Counted from the whole stretch's first letter, positions 36,231-49,719 are shown. The stretch: 57,573 bases of DNA, filler included, from Sphacelaria rigidula (GCA_964200075.2; 3 parts of 3 records of this genome joined end to end with filler, not necessarily neighbours in it), one strand, 5' to 3'. Translations and numbers: made by a program. The notes: generated by a model from the sequence alone, not told the origin.

Positions 36231-38354
36231 ATACCTGATTGAGGAACTCTTTTTTAATCGTACCTTATGTGGGCCACCAGTCGGCTCAGAAAGTACCTGT
36301 CCTGGGCCATCGCTTCCCACACTGTACCTGATGCGGCGCACTGCGCGGAAGGAAATCTACGCGCCAACTCCAATTATGGTGTCCACACATTCGGCTCTTT
36401 TCCCGCCCATTTGCTGTTCACGAACGCCACAAAGACCACACCCTTTCATCCCCGGAAATGGTTCTCAAATCTCTCCGCATCCACACAAGAACTGGACTGA
36501 CAACTCACAACGCTTTAGCCTTCTACGCTTGGGGCGGGTTACGTTACATCGTGCCGTTGCGATCTGGAACTGGTGTCATGACCCTTCCGGGACCCTTTTG
36601 CCCCACAATCGTATGATGATGGCAGGTAGTCGTTCGTGTCGCGTTCAAGTCAAAATGATGCCAATCCACACCTTGTAAGTCGGCATCATTTTGACCTCAA
36701 GACAAAACTAATGGACACCACCTGCCACTAACACACGATTTTCGTGGAGGGAAAGTGGGGACAAATGCCACAAACGTACCACTGTGGGACGTCCGGTCGC
36801 ACAAGAGTTGATGGTTGTGGCGTCAAGGTGCCTGACAGACTGCAATACGTTATTCGCCTCCCCGATTCCCGAAAAAACTCATTTTGGGCGACGGCGGGGA
36901 GGGGTACCCCATGTTGGAGGGGTAGGTACCCCCTGATCAGATGGATAATGACATTAGTAGGTACTGTACTGTGTAGCACGTTCATGAACGGCTTTTCCCG
37001 GCTTGTGCCAGGCCTGTGTACAACTTGTGTATGCTACCGCTGCACGGCAGATGGTAGGGGTACGTCGAGCCTTGGCTGAGCAAGGTCTAGGCAAGTCGGG
37101 AGAACATGTCCGCAGATTCAGGCAGTGGAAATGAAAGCGCTGGGGGTACAGGCGCTGGAAGTGTGCCTGAGGTGCCGCAAGAATTACAAGGGGTGAACGC
37201 ACATTTGTTGTCGTGTGTCGGGTGTTTGTGGTGTCAAACCATCTGTTCTGGACGCCAGTCCACATCTTTCGGTACATATGGGCGCACGAGCCAGGGTCAC
37301 ACAGGAGGAAGGCCAACACAGGAGTTTTTTGTTCTTCTATTTGTTTTAGTTCATCACCTTCCCGCTGCGGTCCTCTCCTTATTTTTCTTTTATCGACAAA
37401 GCGGTTCAGCACTCCCTTTACCTCGTCGACCGTGAGATCGAATTTTATTGGAACAGATTATGCCAGCATGCAAAAAGATTACAGAACCGTGACGCTTCTT
37501 CCTGTGTTGCTGTGCAGTATGCCGAACTTTGGAGATTGGCCCTCGACACGGCTGTCCGGACGCGGGCACTGCCTAGGCGGGTACCAGGTTATCATCCTTG
37601 CATCATCTACAATTGATTGACACCGTGGGAGTACTGTCGGAACATTTTTATGCCGGTTGGAATTATCCAGTCAAGTCACAGTACTATAGTAATAGTGTAT
37701 ACCTCTGGTATCACTCAGCAGCACGTACGACTCATGATACACTTTCCTTCATCGACAAACAGAACGCCCTCGGGTCCACGTCTCGAGTACGCGGCCCTCT
37801 CCAGCATTGCGGCCTCACTTACGTAGCACGTACCCCAAAGTCATTTTCCAACGGTCACATTGACTAAGAGTCATCATCCAACGGCCAAGTTCTCTTCTCT
37901 GCGGCCGCTAGAACAACTGATAAGCCCAAACTCCTCGGTTTTGGGCTGCTCGGGTTAAGGCCAGCATGGTGATGGTGAAAGTACCCTTCAATTCCGTGTT
38001 TTGGTGTAGAAACAGAGAGAAACAGGTTTGCGGACACAATTCTTCGATTTTCCTCATTCTCGACCACCCCTGGGGGGGGGGGGGTAAACCGTCTTCCAGT
38101 CTGTAAGGCCCCTTGGTGGCGTTAGGGTTAATAAAATGTAGATGGTCGTTGGTTGTGGCGTTCGTGAACAGCAAATGGGCGGGAAAAGAGCCGAATGTGT
38201 GGACACCATAATTGGAGTTGGCGCGTAGATTTCCTTCCGCGCAGTGCGCCGCATCAGGTACAGTGTGGGAAGCGATGGCCCAGGACAGGTACTTTCTGAG
38301 CCGACTGGTGGCCCACATAAGGTACGATTAAAAAAGAGTTCCTCAATCAGGTAT
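36231..38354. repeat. 202-bp perfect inverted repeat pair (36231-36432 / 38153-38354)
   Basis: Exact reverse-complement match; the ORF track shows the same peptides on opposite strands. The right arm ends at the gap. Confidence 0.9.
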
Positions 38355-38454
38355 NNNNNNNNNNNNNNNNNNNNNNNNNNNNNNNNNNNNNNNNNNNNTT
38401 AATTAATTAANNNNNNNNNNNNNNNNNNNNNNNNNNNNNNNNNNNNNNNNNNNN
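38355..38454. other. Assembly gap spacer
   Basis: N44-TTAATTAATTAA-N44. Confidence 0.95.
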
Positions 38455-38989
38455 GATCCCTTGAGACCACGGACTCATCCCGAGGAAGGGGAGGGGTTCA
38501 AAGTGTGAGGAAAAAAAAAGAAAAAGTCAGTACTACAGTTCTCGTTGTACGGCCGGCTCGAAGCCCACAGTGTCAACTTCATCGTGTATTCCTGAGCCGC
38601 GATACATGACATGCAAAATTTCATCATTTCCCGTCCAGGCGCCTCAGTCTGTAAAGTTGTCTGTAGCGCCACGTTGCCGTGCTGATGTGTACCCGTCTCT
38701 TCCAAGGACGTTTGCCCCTCTAGTCTCAGCATTTTTTACGCCTTGAAGCGTGACCGTCTCCAGTGGATGCCGCTGGTCATGAAATTAACTTCTGCAACAT
38801 CCCTCCATCTTGTTGAAAAGGAAAAACACTGCAAAGCCATGATTGAGCAACACTTCTAGTGTGGCTTGTGCGCTTACGTAGCATAGTTCTCCGGCTTTTT
38901 TGCCCTCCTTTGCCGACTTGGATTCATTTTTCTTGTTCGTTTGTACGTCGGCCACACTTAACTGTTCAGCTCAATGCAGCCTCTACCAG

Positions 38990-40136
38990 GATGGGCAGAT
39001 GGCAATCCCAGTCGAGGAGACAAGCGATCACGACACTTGTTTCGGCAGCGTGCTCGCCTCATCGCCGAAGGAACTCTAGAGCTCGCTATAGAAGGCGGCG
39101 AGCACCCCGTTGAGCACTCAAGGATACCCTGCAGTCACGACCGTCGTGAAGGAGCTGCCTCCCACGACGCGGGTCGATCGTGCTCTCACGACGCTCGTCG
39201 ATCGATGGGTAATAATCCGGCGGGAATAAGGCGTGCGGACGTCGAGATGACGGAGGAAGCTGAGGAGGTGCTTGTAAGAGCAGACGCCACAGAGAGGCTT
39301 ACGAAACGACAGCGGCAACCCCAGCATTCGCTTTCGTATTCTTCGGAAGCTGATTGTTCAGCTGGTAAGGTGTTGACTACGGGGTCTGTCGTTTCTCGCG
39401 GGGGCGGAAGAAACAACGACACATCTCCAGCACCGTCTGTACCGGCAGCGGTCAACGAGGTGGCGAGGCCTCGAATTTGCAGAGAACATCCCTCAACAGT
39501 ATCGGGTACCCTCGAGGCTTGCGATGCTGCAAGTGTCTGTCGAGAGGCTGCAGATCTTCTGCCGTCGCGATTTGTATCGAACAAGCACTGTACATGTAAA
39601 GGAATTGGATCCACGTCTTTCAGCACTTGCGCATGTGGCGTGGGCACTGAGAGCCGAGATGGGGTCAATGACAATACGGGGTCGAGGCAAATCGTCATAT
39701 CGTCGCTTCGTCCCTGTGCGAGTAAGAGCAGCGAATCCAATGCTGCGGGTAGAATTGGCCCAAATATCGATCCAAAGGACGTTTGCGCGCGACCGGCAAA
39801 AGTTGCAGCAATGATGATCGATGTTTCTTGCGATATGGGCTCGAAGAGTATATGTGACGTAAACCACACTCGAGCGCGAGCCCACCCTTCAGCCGCGGAT
39901 TCCGCAAATGTCTCGGAGGAAGAGCTGAAGCATGGCAAAGGCGGCAATGCGCGGTGCTTTATCGGCGAGGAGCGACGGGAGATAAGGGCACGCTCGTTGG
40001 TGGGCTCAAGCGGGGAACAAGAACAAGTCGCCTTCGTTGTGCTGGGTATGGTTGGACAAAATGCAGATCGCGTGGTACTGCTACCAACTGCGGCAAGGAG
40101 GGCGGAAACGGTGGGCCGTAGCCCTGCTCACTCAGG
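38990..40136 (+). CDS. Large low-complexity exon, probably the N-terminal region of FAN1
   Basis: 401-codon open frame with a CAG acceptor at 38987-38989 and a candidate CAG|GTATG donor. Same strand as, and upstream of, the FAN1 exons. Boundaries are tentative. Confidence 0.4.
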
Positions 40137-40524
40137 TATGACGGAGGCACGCGCGTCCGAAAACCTTACCATGGGTTAGATCCTGCGGCGGACGATTCTT
40201 CAGTAGTCGGAACGGGCATGTGCACTCTTAATATTGTACTTTTGTGTGCTGTGCATATGGCCACGTCGTGCACACTCTGTGCCTTGTTTTGCGTTCCTCT
40301 TCAGGAATACGTCCTGCACATTGAGGAAACATGTGATATCAGGGCCGGCAGTTAATACGGAGTTAGGAACGATAACAGTAGATTCCATGCCATTGCTCGA
40401 GAGCGAGAGATATTGGAAATCTCCCTGCAACACTGCTTAAGTTTATCGCTGAAGTACGACCAGCCCGCCCCGTGGACTTGCCTCCATTTTCGATTCGTTC
40501 CAATCTACCTTTCGTGCTATATGT

Positions 40525-41337
40525 TTGCCTTTGAATGATGCGCTGACTTGGGCGACAGTGATGCTGGAGTGGCACAGGGATGGCAACGGCGAGGTGAAGG
40601 AGACCTTGATATTAACCCGCACCACAAAAAAGCCGATCTTGCCCAACCCGCTCCCAGCTCTAGTGACGGCTCTATCTTGGGCAGCGGCCCTGGGCCCGGG
40701 CTCTCTGCCCATAAAAAACCTTCCCACGCTGCCACCAGCTCTAGCACCCACAGGCAACGACGACCCCGCTGCTTCTGGCGACATCAATACACCTTCCACG
40801 TCATGTAGCAGTCTAGAGTCAGCACCAGTAAAGTGTGGCAACAGCGGAGGCGTGCAAGGGGGCCGGGGTGTCAGTACACCGTCCATTGTGTCCCCGTTTC
40901 CCCTCAGGCAGGAAAAACTAGGGGAAAACGATAAAGGTCACGCTGACCACCTTTCGGTAGGCGCTGCATGGATGTTCTCTCACTTGACGTTCGGCGAGCT
41001 CGCGCTCATGGGGGGCCGGGGGGTTCCAAAGAGTACGGTGGGCGTTGCTGGGAGCGAAGCCACCGCTTTAGGCTTACTCTCTTGCCCCGAGATCGGTTGG
41101 GCCCCTGACCCTTTGGAGGTGATGCAAGCCTTGGAGGAAGGAGGCGATCTGTTTTACACTGCCGCTACCGCGCCTACTTGTTCCAGAAGGGCCGCTGGTG
41201 AAGGCGAGGCGGAGGGAGCGGTGGAGGGGGTGATGGGGGTTGAAGTACAGGAGGCGACCGCCGCGTGCGATGAGCTGGTGACGGCTGGACTGTGCAAACG
41301 ATCGCAGGACCGAGGGTCTCTTCAGCTTGTCCCTGAG
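40525..41337 (+). CDS. FAN1: Probable FAN1 exon (5' boundary uncertain)
   Basis: 275-aa open frame ending ...ACDELVTAGLC...LVPE|GTTGGA, in phase with the next exon. Confidence 0.45.
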
Positions 41338-41507
41338 GTTGGAGGTTCATGATGGTGACTTTCTGCAACCTGCTGGCTTCGTGTTGTTTCTGCCCCATCC
41401 TGTTTCTCTTGTGCTCGTAGAATGTATTCATGATTTACTTTCTTTTACGGCAGTACACATTTGGCGTCATGATACGCTGTCTATTGGTACTACCTAAACG
41501 AGGACAG

Positions 41508-41603
41508 GTGGAGCTGGCGTTTGAGCTCGTGTTGAGGGTGTTCATCCACCAGTGGAGCCCCGACAGGATGACGCTTGCAAACATCGCCCTCGGTTTCAAG
41601 GTG
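41508..41603 (+). CDS. FAN1: Probable FAN1 exon
   Basis: VELAFELVLRVFIHQWSPDRMTLANIALGFKV. CAG acceptor and GTGAGT donor. Confidence 0.5.
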
Positions 41604-44573
41604 GTGAGTTGGCGTTGAGAGCGCAAACGACTGATGGTGCAGATGGTGCACAACTGTCCCTAGTAACAGTAGAAGCTCGGCATCTCATTGCTGCACTCGA
41701 GCAGATCATCCTCTTTGCAATGGGCTGTCAGGTGGTACCTCGGGGTTGCGTTTACAGTACCCCCATCCAACAGAAACGCATCTATTGGATGGCATTACCC
41801 ACAGTACAGTTGCTTAGCTACGGCGAACAAGCAGCGTTGTACGCAACTACCAGAGCGAGTTAAAAATACTCGAAACGGGGATATTATGTTCTTCACATGA
41901 CGACCCATTATTTAGTACCTGTCCGGGGCTCTTGGGTCTTCTTGGCAACTTATGATCGGAGTCGCTTATCCTCCCGATCAAGGTATGCTTACCCTAGCCA
42001 GACAAGAGAAGACGGCACGATTCATCGCATTTCCTACTTCAGCACTTCCGAACACTAGTCCTGCATGACACTACGCCGTGTTCCCAAACGCGGTTTGCAG
42101 CTTGTGTAGCCGTACCCCCAAATGTCAACGTCGCTGCTTGTAAGTAGCCACCCATGTGCACCCGTCCCGCGCTGTCCGTAGACTGGTCCCATGACGATGG
42201 GAATGTTGCCCCGCAGTATGCACAGTCATCCACCAGAGCAGGGAGGGGTTTCCGATGCTGTCGCCCGCGTCGCACATGATTCCGTGAGCGGGTACGGCCG
42301 TTTTGCGGACGGGGTCGGGAGGCTGTGCGTCAAGCTGCATACGTGGTGTATTGAGGTGAAACTCAAGTCACTTGCCAGTGGCTGTGGGGTTGTTTGGCAT
42401 AGAGGATATTCCAATCCCGACCAAGTATTTCTTCAGGGCACACGCGCGAGAGAGGATGCTGTTTATTGTCGCGAGTTGCTCGTGTTGTGCTTGTATCCTT
42501 CCGTGCTACGCTGAGGCTCAAAACCATAAGTAGCGCTGATTTATAGAGGACGGTCGGCCAAGCTCATTTTCGTAGCCCCCCTCCCCCCCCCCCCCCGTTT
42601 CTTTACAGTTGGCGTTGGTTGATCATCGAGTTGCTAATTGTAGTGGTGCCGCCGCAAGCAGAGGAAGAGGATGTCACCAGGGATTTCGGGACGTTTCCAA
42701 TGCGCCAGTCAACTGCCCAGTCTGTTTCATGTGCACCAATCCGTAACCCGTTGGCTGCGAATCATGAGATGCATGTGGATGATGACACTTTGGACTCAAC
42801 GTATCCAACGGGATTGGAATCAGGGGACTGTGAGCCATATTGCATTTATGCTGCTACACACGATGTAGTTGAGTCTGCGTGACAAGAACACACATGGGTG
42901 GTGAGATCGTTGACATGATTGACATTGCCTTGGGCAGCGTCGGAGTGAAATTATGTTGGTGTGTCTTACAGCAGAAGTGCTGTGCGATACGAGTAGTGCC
43001 CGCGACTTGTGTCCGGGAGTACTCGAGCTGAGAGCTGAGCATACACTTTTCGATTGCGATATGTCGTTGGCCAATCAGGTGGTTCGACACGTGGGCAATG
43101 TGAACAAAGACGGGAATGTTCTGTCGAAAATCATCAAGGTGAGCTAGAAGGTACGCTCTTGACTTTCGTCTTTGCACTTTTGTCAGACGGGCAGTGTAGT
43201 GCGTAACTGTAGTGCGTTCAACATTCAAAGCTAGTGATGGACGCTCGACGCCGCCTGTCAAAGGCGCCGCCAGTAGTAAACGGGCAAGATGAATGCAAGC
43301 CGAAAGCAAGTGATATCAGTGTATTCAATCCCTTGTTGCTGCTCGTTTTGCCCTTCCCACTAGACTCAAACCTGCGGAGAACACACCGCAAAGGTATGGG
43401 GTGGACCCATGGCGGAAGCCCTAGCCCTGCTCGGAGGAGGGGCTGGCGACGTTGGTGCTACTTGGATGGCACGTTTGTCCAGAGAGGAGCGAGTGCTGGA
43501 GCCAGCGTGCGTCAGACTTAAGGAGGCTGTGGAAAAGGCATGCACTCGGTACCAAAATTGATTAATGGAGTGCTGTTTCCATGGCATCACCTCTTTCGTC
43601 GATATAATACTGTAACACTGTTGTAAGGGATATGTGTGCGATGTTTCAAACGAAATCGCTTTTTTCGTTTGCATCACCTGCGCTCTTGGTGTAAGTAGTT
43701 TTTTTTTCACACATGTCATAAGCGCGGGTTTCCTTGGTGAAGAGTAGCTGTTCGCGCTGCCCTCCATGCCATCTACGAAGTACCCACCCAGTATTGCTGT
43801 AGTGCCGTATCCTGCGCAATGGCTTGTAAGGTGTAAGTGTAAAGATAAACGCCTGTGCAGCTCTGCGTCAGACGAATAGCGTTTGGTCGTTTTCTTCTGT
43901 TGTTGTGGTGTAACAGAGTTCAACTATATCGCGAAACATATCCGAAAACATACCCGATAGGCCCCTGCCAGGACTTGAGGTGGGGGGGCTGTACAGAACA
44001 GAAGGCCGTGAAAGCGGGTTGCTACTCAGTTGCCTAGAAATCGCAATATTCGGCAGAAGCATCATGTATTGTACCTTTGTATCAACCATGCGGGAAGGAA
44101 ATACATACTCGCTCACGAACATGAACACAACCACTGACACGAATGCGGCAGGCTTGAAAAACAACGAAAAAAAGACAAAGAAGAGGGTCGAACAAGAGAG
44201 AAGAGGGCAAAAAACAGAAATAAATCGGGACATAAATAGCAGAAAAAAAAATGTAGGCAGAGGTCCGGTTGCACGACTGGGAGAGAAAGCATCAACCGAT
44301 GGGATATTACGCGTGTCAGGTTTCGGATACCCCCTCCCTGCCCTCCCCCCATTGAGGGCCCCTGTGATAAGACACCCATTAGGCAGTGTGTCACCCGTTG
44401 CTGCCTGTTGGATTGGCGATACCAGAAAATGAAGCAACTCATTATAGGCTGTCATCCAAATGCAAGATAATCAGTACGCTTCGGGCCGAACAATCTTAGC
44501 GGAATGCAGGTCACCCTTCATGCGACTCGCTGAACACATCACGGCGCTTCGCGCTTGGTGATTGATTGCGAAC

Positions 44574-44840
44574 CTGGTCGGGCGGAAAACCGGCGTGCTT
44601 GGTCTTGGCTTTGCAGGGATGCGAGGCCAATGGTCATATGACTACGGCGTGCAAGATCATGAGTACAACCCCTACCCCCCCCTCCCCTCATCCCTATTGT
44701 AGTCAGGCAAAAAACGGGCCACTCTCCCGGGCCATTTCCAACTTAGATTCCTCGCAGGCTCTTCCTCTTTTTTTTTTTTTTCTTGTCGCACTTTGAACCC
44801 CTCCCCTTCCTCGAGCTGAGTCCGTGGTCACAAAGGAGCA
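44574..44840 (+). repeat. Most complete copy of a dispersed repeat family
   Basis: Module A: ...GGATGCGAGG(T/C)CAATGGTC..ATGACTACGGC.TGCAAGATCATGAGTAC plus a C-run. Module B: GAACCCCTCCCCTTCCTCG..TGAGTCCGTGGTC. Other copies are listed in the findings. Confidence 0.8.
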
Positions 44841-45840
44841 TCAGCTCCCTGCTCCGATACACGCCTTGCATTTTGGTCTCGCGGATTGGGTCATGACTGT
44901 TAGCACTTCTGCACCGTGTTAACTTACGTCAAATAAACTCAGTCGACTACTCTATATACTCACGTTCTCACGCTTTCCACGGTGGAAATTAAATACTACG
45001 AAGAAAAAACCCAACGCATCGGGAATCGAGCCCTCGTTCTCTCCACCCTATTGGCGACAGTCGGACCATTACACCACCCGGGCGCGGCGGTGCGCTTATT
45101 GCTGCGACCGTTCCGTTGTCTAGTTGTCTTCTTGGATGGCTGTAGCGGTGAAAACATGGAATTGCGCGTCGTGGATAGTACCTGGACAAATAGTATGTGC
45201 TACCTACGCGTTATAGGCAATTTGCCTCGGCTCTCTCACTGTGATGCTGCTAACTAAGCCTAGAATAGTTTGGTACTGAATGGCCTTGTGCTTTTAGCAA
45301 GGTCTCCCATACTGTGAAGACGGCGTTCAGGTTTTGAGCGGCAGTCAGTCACACAAACGCAGGCACAAGTCGGGCAGGCAGAACTCACTCAATCAGCCAC
45401 AATCACTTCATTCTGCACGAGCTGGGCCAGCCTATAAACGGTTTGAGCTCTCATAGCCATATGTCGTCGGCGCAGACAAAATGGGCCGTGATCCGCACAC
45501 ATTATTGAATGTCTGATCAAGGGGTGCATGGTCATCCTCTCAAAGCCCGGTCGACGTTTTTTTCTCGTTGATTCAACGCCATGTCGAGGAAAATTCTATC
45601 ACGTACGAAGATATCTCCATACTAAAGCCTATACGGAACCCGGGAATACGCATGAAGCGGATGACGGCGGTTTGTTGGTGTGAATATTCCTTGGAGCTCG
45701 GGAAAATGATCGATACCCTTACCTTGGCCTAATTCCTCATCTATCTAGGGGTACGGTGCGCGGGGTAGTCCATACTTGAACCAATATGTTACGAGGAGAG
45801 GCATTGAATGCACTTGATCATGATTTCGCATTTTGATTTT

Positions 45841-46653
45841 GAGAGTTGTGGTTTGAAGTTTGGTATGATGGAGAATCGCAAGCGCGCAATAAAAGCAAAA
45901 CGTTCGGGACCCTTTGACCTCCGGAGGTGGCCGATTTGTGAAATTATTCACTTTCACTTGAAAAAGGCTGAAAGTAATGCCTCTTCACGAATAGACCACC
46001 TCCGGTGGTGAAAGGGTCAAGGGAGTTTTTGTGAAGAATGTATATTGTTTCGTGCCCACACCTCGTAGCTCACGAAATCTAGACTTGGCAGCTCAGTTTT
46101 GAGAGTTATGCTTTGAATTTTGGTGTGAAAAATCGCAAGGGCATACATGATGTGAACAACACGTTCAGAACCTTGAGTTTTTTCGTCGTTGATGAGGTAA
46201 GGACGGTATCGTGATAAATTGTCATTACTACACTAAAACGTCCTCAACTCATGTGAAAAACTCAATATTCCGCAGATTTGTTTCATTATGCCTCTTGCGA
46301 TTCTCCTCCACACAAAATTTCAAAGCACAACTGTCAAAACTGAGCTAGCTGCTAAATGGCCTACGACATACAGCTCCGTTTGTAGACTGGCCCAGCCTGT
46401 AATTGTAGAATTCTCACTTCGGTTTGCGAGTTGTGGTTTGAAATTTGGGATGGAGATTCGCTACGGCATCATGAAAAACGAAAATTGGGACTTTGATGTA
46501 TATATATTTCACGAATTAGTGACATATTCGCGAAACGTGACTCTTTCTCTTTGCCCTTAACTCACGAAAAAGAAATCTCGAGGTGCCATTTTTTTCCCCT
46601 GTGTCCTAGGGATTCTCCATACTAAATTTCGAAGCACAACTCCCGCAACTGAG
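45841..46653. repeat. Array of a ~45-bp motif in mixed orientation (+,+,-,+,-)
   Basis: GAGAGTTRTGSTTTGAA.TTTGG..TG..GAGAATCGCAAG copies at ~45841, 46101, 46290(rc), 46428 and 46611(rc). Confidence 0.65.
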
Positions 46654-47642
46654 GTGAGATACTGTTGGCCTTGTGCTTGATTCATTTCATTAATGATTCA
46701 TTTCATTAACACGTGTGAGAATAATGGTGTCTTTATTTCTGAAAGCGATCCGAGGAATGCCGCAAATATCAGTATGTTCAGGGAGTGTGGGACGTACAAT
46801 GACCGGAGACCCCAAGAGACTAATGAAAGCAGGCGCACGAAAAAATAATGGAGTCTCGGGCTTTCTTCAGGAGCGCCTTTGTCAAAATGGGTTCGTGACT
46901 CTTCCAAACGGTCTATTAATCGCAAATGGAACGAACGGGAAAATAGTTCGAGAGTGATACACGTACTGTGGGAGTGCGGCAATGACGATCAATGCCTTCG
47001 GCTGCAAGCAACACAATACTCTAGTGCAGTATATATAATGTGTGTGTATATTGATATAGCTCCACACAAGATCAATGCCTTTTTTTCTCGCATTTCTTGT
47101 CCGCATTCAACTCATCCGCACCAGCGATTCGCGCCTTAGTTTGCTGCAAGGGTGTGTCGATAATGGGTGACAAAATGGCTGAAGATGCGTCTTGTTGGGA
47201 AAAAATTCTGACTCTATCCTGAGAAACTTTGGCTTTTGTCGATTTCTTCTATTCATCCTTGCAGTCATCGCTGTCTCCCCGTGTTCGTCCTATAGATCTC
47301 AATATACAGGGGGCGGGGGGGGGGTAGTTCGTACCTCTCAGCCCCCGATGGATAGCACTATTCAACCAACAACGCGGGATTGTGTTTTTCCTCTTATCCC
47401 CCCCCCCCCCCCCCCCCGTCGATCCCATTTTCGATCGCAGTCGTCTTTTGCGCCCAAACTTGTACAATAAGTCTCAACATTAACACCGAGAAAAATATTG
47501 GCAGATCCTAATATGTAGCAAATGCGGTAGAACATGGTAAACCAATCAGCGATCGCTTTTGCTCACGTTTCGAGTGCTGGCAGGGGCTTACGCTGCTCAT
47601 GTTCTCATGGATCGTGTGTGCCTCTCAAACACAAACCCGCAG

Positions 47643-47741
47643 GTGATTGAAACTGTCTCCGGGATCGTGGTGGCGATGCAGAGGGACAGGGCTTATGGGA
47701 CAGCTGTCACCCTTCTCCGTCTTATGTTGTCGCAAGACCAG
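47643..47741 (+). CDS. FAN1: FAN1 exon (TPR region)
   Basis: VIETVSGIVVAMQRDRAYGTAVTLLRLMLSQDQ resembles FAN1 'Y..AV..L..LLSQ'. Phase 0/0. Confidence 0.75.
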
Positions 47742-47911
47742 GTGATCTCTTGGATTTCATTGCAATGCGTTGCGTCGCATTACGTTGCATTGCGCCGTAC
47801 TGTATGGTCCTACTATGCTCGGTAAGCACTGCCCTGTATTTTTCCCTGGAACTGTAGATTTTTCAAGATGTTGAATGGCGACACACCTTGTCTCGCTCCG
47901 CGCATTTGCAG

Positions 47912-47992
47912 GACCTGGCGGGGCAGGAGAATAGATCGGCAAGGGATTTGGCGTGGGCAGCTGCCTGGTGCACCTCCAGGTTTAGAGGCTGG
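47912..47992 (+). CDS. FAN1: FAN1 exon
   Basis: DLAGQENRSARDLAWAAAWCTSRFRGW with a GTAAGT donor. Joins the next exon to give RGWAWIRL (FAN1 RGRWWxRL). Confidence 0.75.
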
Positions 47993-48350
47993 GTAAGTAC
48001 CAAAGGCAAGAGCAACCCGGGCAGTGGCCGTGACCACTCTTTTTTGGTCATGCGCCAACCCTTGCTGCCATCGTCACGTACTCTATGGTGATCTTCGTAC
48101 GTCTCGTGAAGGGCGTTGTTGTGATGGGTGAGCTCCAGATACGACTCCATGGCTCCGCTACACGCGTCGTCATTGTGTGTGTTACTGCGTTCGGCCTCGA
48201 GTGGGCACACACTCCTGGCAAGAATGTTGAACATTGCGCGACACTTGGTTTTTCAGCCCTTGACTAATTCTCGCTGACGACCTTTGCTCAACCCGTGAGG
48301 TATTTCGTCGCCCATTTTTCGTGTGTGCTTGGCCGTTGGTCATTGTCCAG

Positions 48351-48501
48351 GCTTGGATTCGGTTGTCGATGAACCTGGAGCATGTGGGAGAGGGCGACGC
48401 CTGCCTAGAGGCCTTACAGTCGGGTGTAGGAGATCAGTTCGTCAGTGGAGGAGAACGGGTGGAAGTCAGGCAACGTCTAGCGACTAAGCACGAACAACAC
48501 G
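48351..48501 (+). CDS. FAN1: FAN1 exon
   Basis: AWIRLSMNLEHVG...LEALQSGVGDQFVSGGERVEVRQRL resembles 'W.RLALNL.H...GL.D..V..G.R..L..R'. Confidence 0.85.
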
Positions 48502-49270
48502 GTAAGTGACGTACTCATACTGCTCGGGAGTGAGCAGTGCGTCTGGAGACCAGGCACCTTCAGCATCGTACATGGTTAATCTTGTCGTGTGAGCTGGGCA
48601 ATTTCTGGCGACTGTAGTCGATGAATTATGTTGTAAAGGCAAACGTGCAGAGACCAAGCATCAGCGGCAAGGTAGCCGTAAGTGTCTATATATGACAAGC
48701 AGTGGACATTTGACGGATTGACGACCGAGCGCCGCCAGCATGACATGTCTTGAAACAATGCCATTGGTGCCGACACTGCGGTGGCTCGTGTTGCCGACCT
48801 CGACTGTTGTCCCGGTAGGAACTCAGATGCATCCCAATACATTTGGTTGTGGATTATGACATGGGAGGTTTCCGAGTATTGTATGCCAGGAATCGAGCTG
48901 GGAATAGGCCAATGGCCTATGGCGGGACATTCATCGTAGCCAGCTGGGAGTTGCATCCAGCACACACGTACGGCGTTCGCTCTCGTGATACCTGCTTTCC
49001 TGTTCGCAAACAGATGTGCCACAGTCGTCGTAGAGGGTTCAGGAAACAACATCATTTCATCCCGGACGCGGCCATGTGGCGAAGGTAATTTTGTTCACGT
49101 GATGTACCGTAAGTTTTTCGATTCAAATGCTGACTTGTAGCACTTGTCACTCGACGGCTGACCAACAGTCCCAAGGCTTGAAACATGTGTGTGTTGCCTC
49201 GTGTTCCCTCTGACTTATTCCACCTATTGTTTTCACTGTCTGTGTCTCTGCTTGAGAATTTGCAATCCAG

Positions 49271-49441
49271 GTAATCCCGATGACACGCCACCCCGGTCAC
49301 CCTTCCCCCAAGAATCTGAAGAAGAAATAATCTCCACCATGAGGGTCGGTAAAAAGGGAAACAGGCGCAGCGCCGCGGGAGGTAGACTTATCTTTTACGA
49401 TGAGACGTCAATCATCTCAAGCACAAGCGATTTCCCCGCAG
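49271..49441 (+). CDS. FAN1: FAN1 exon
   Basis: Phase 1/1 open exon GNPDDTPP...GGRLIFYDE...FPA. CAG acceptor and GTGAGT donor. Confidence 0.7.
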
Positions 49442-49719
49442 GTGAGTCCTTTTACGTATGGATGGGCTATCAGGAAAGCAGTTCCGTGAAACTGCTCGCG
49501 CGGGGTTCGTGCTTCAGCATCCTCGGTACTGCTTTCCGAGAGCCGAGAAAAGCGCGGTGCTACGGGGAGGACATCAATCATGTGTCCAGGAAGTGAAGGA
49601 TAGATACATGATACGTTTTTCTGGAGATAGAGAAAATATTCAGATGACTCTTTGAGCCGGAATGTAAGAATGCTCCCACTTGGCCGCCTCGCCGTTAAAT
49701 CACTTCGGTGGCGCGTCAG

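Noticed and set aside
35950..36678. 242-aa ORF as a transposase
   Set aside because: No DDE or other recognisable motif; it runs through the inverted-repeat arm and looks like a chance ORF.
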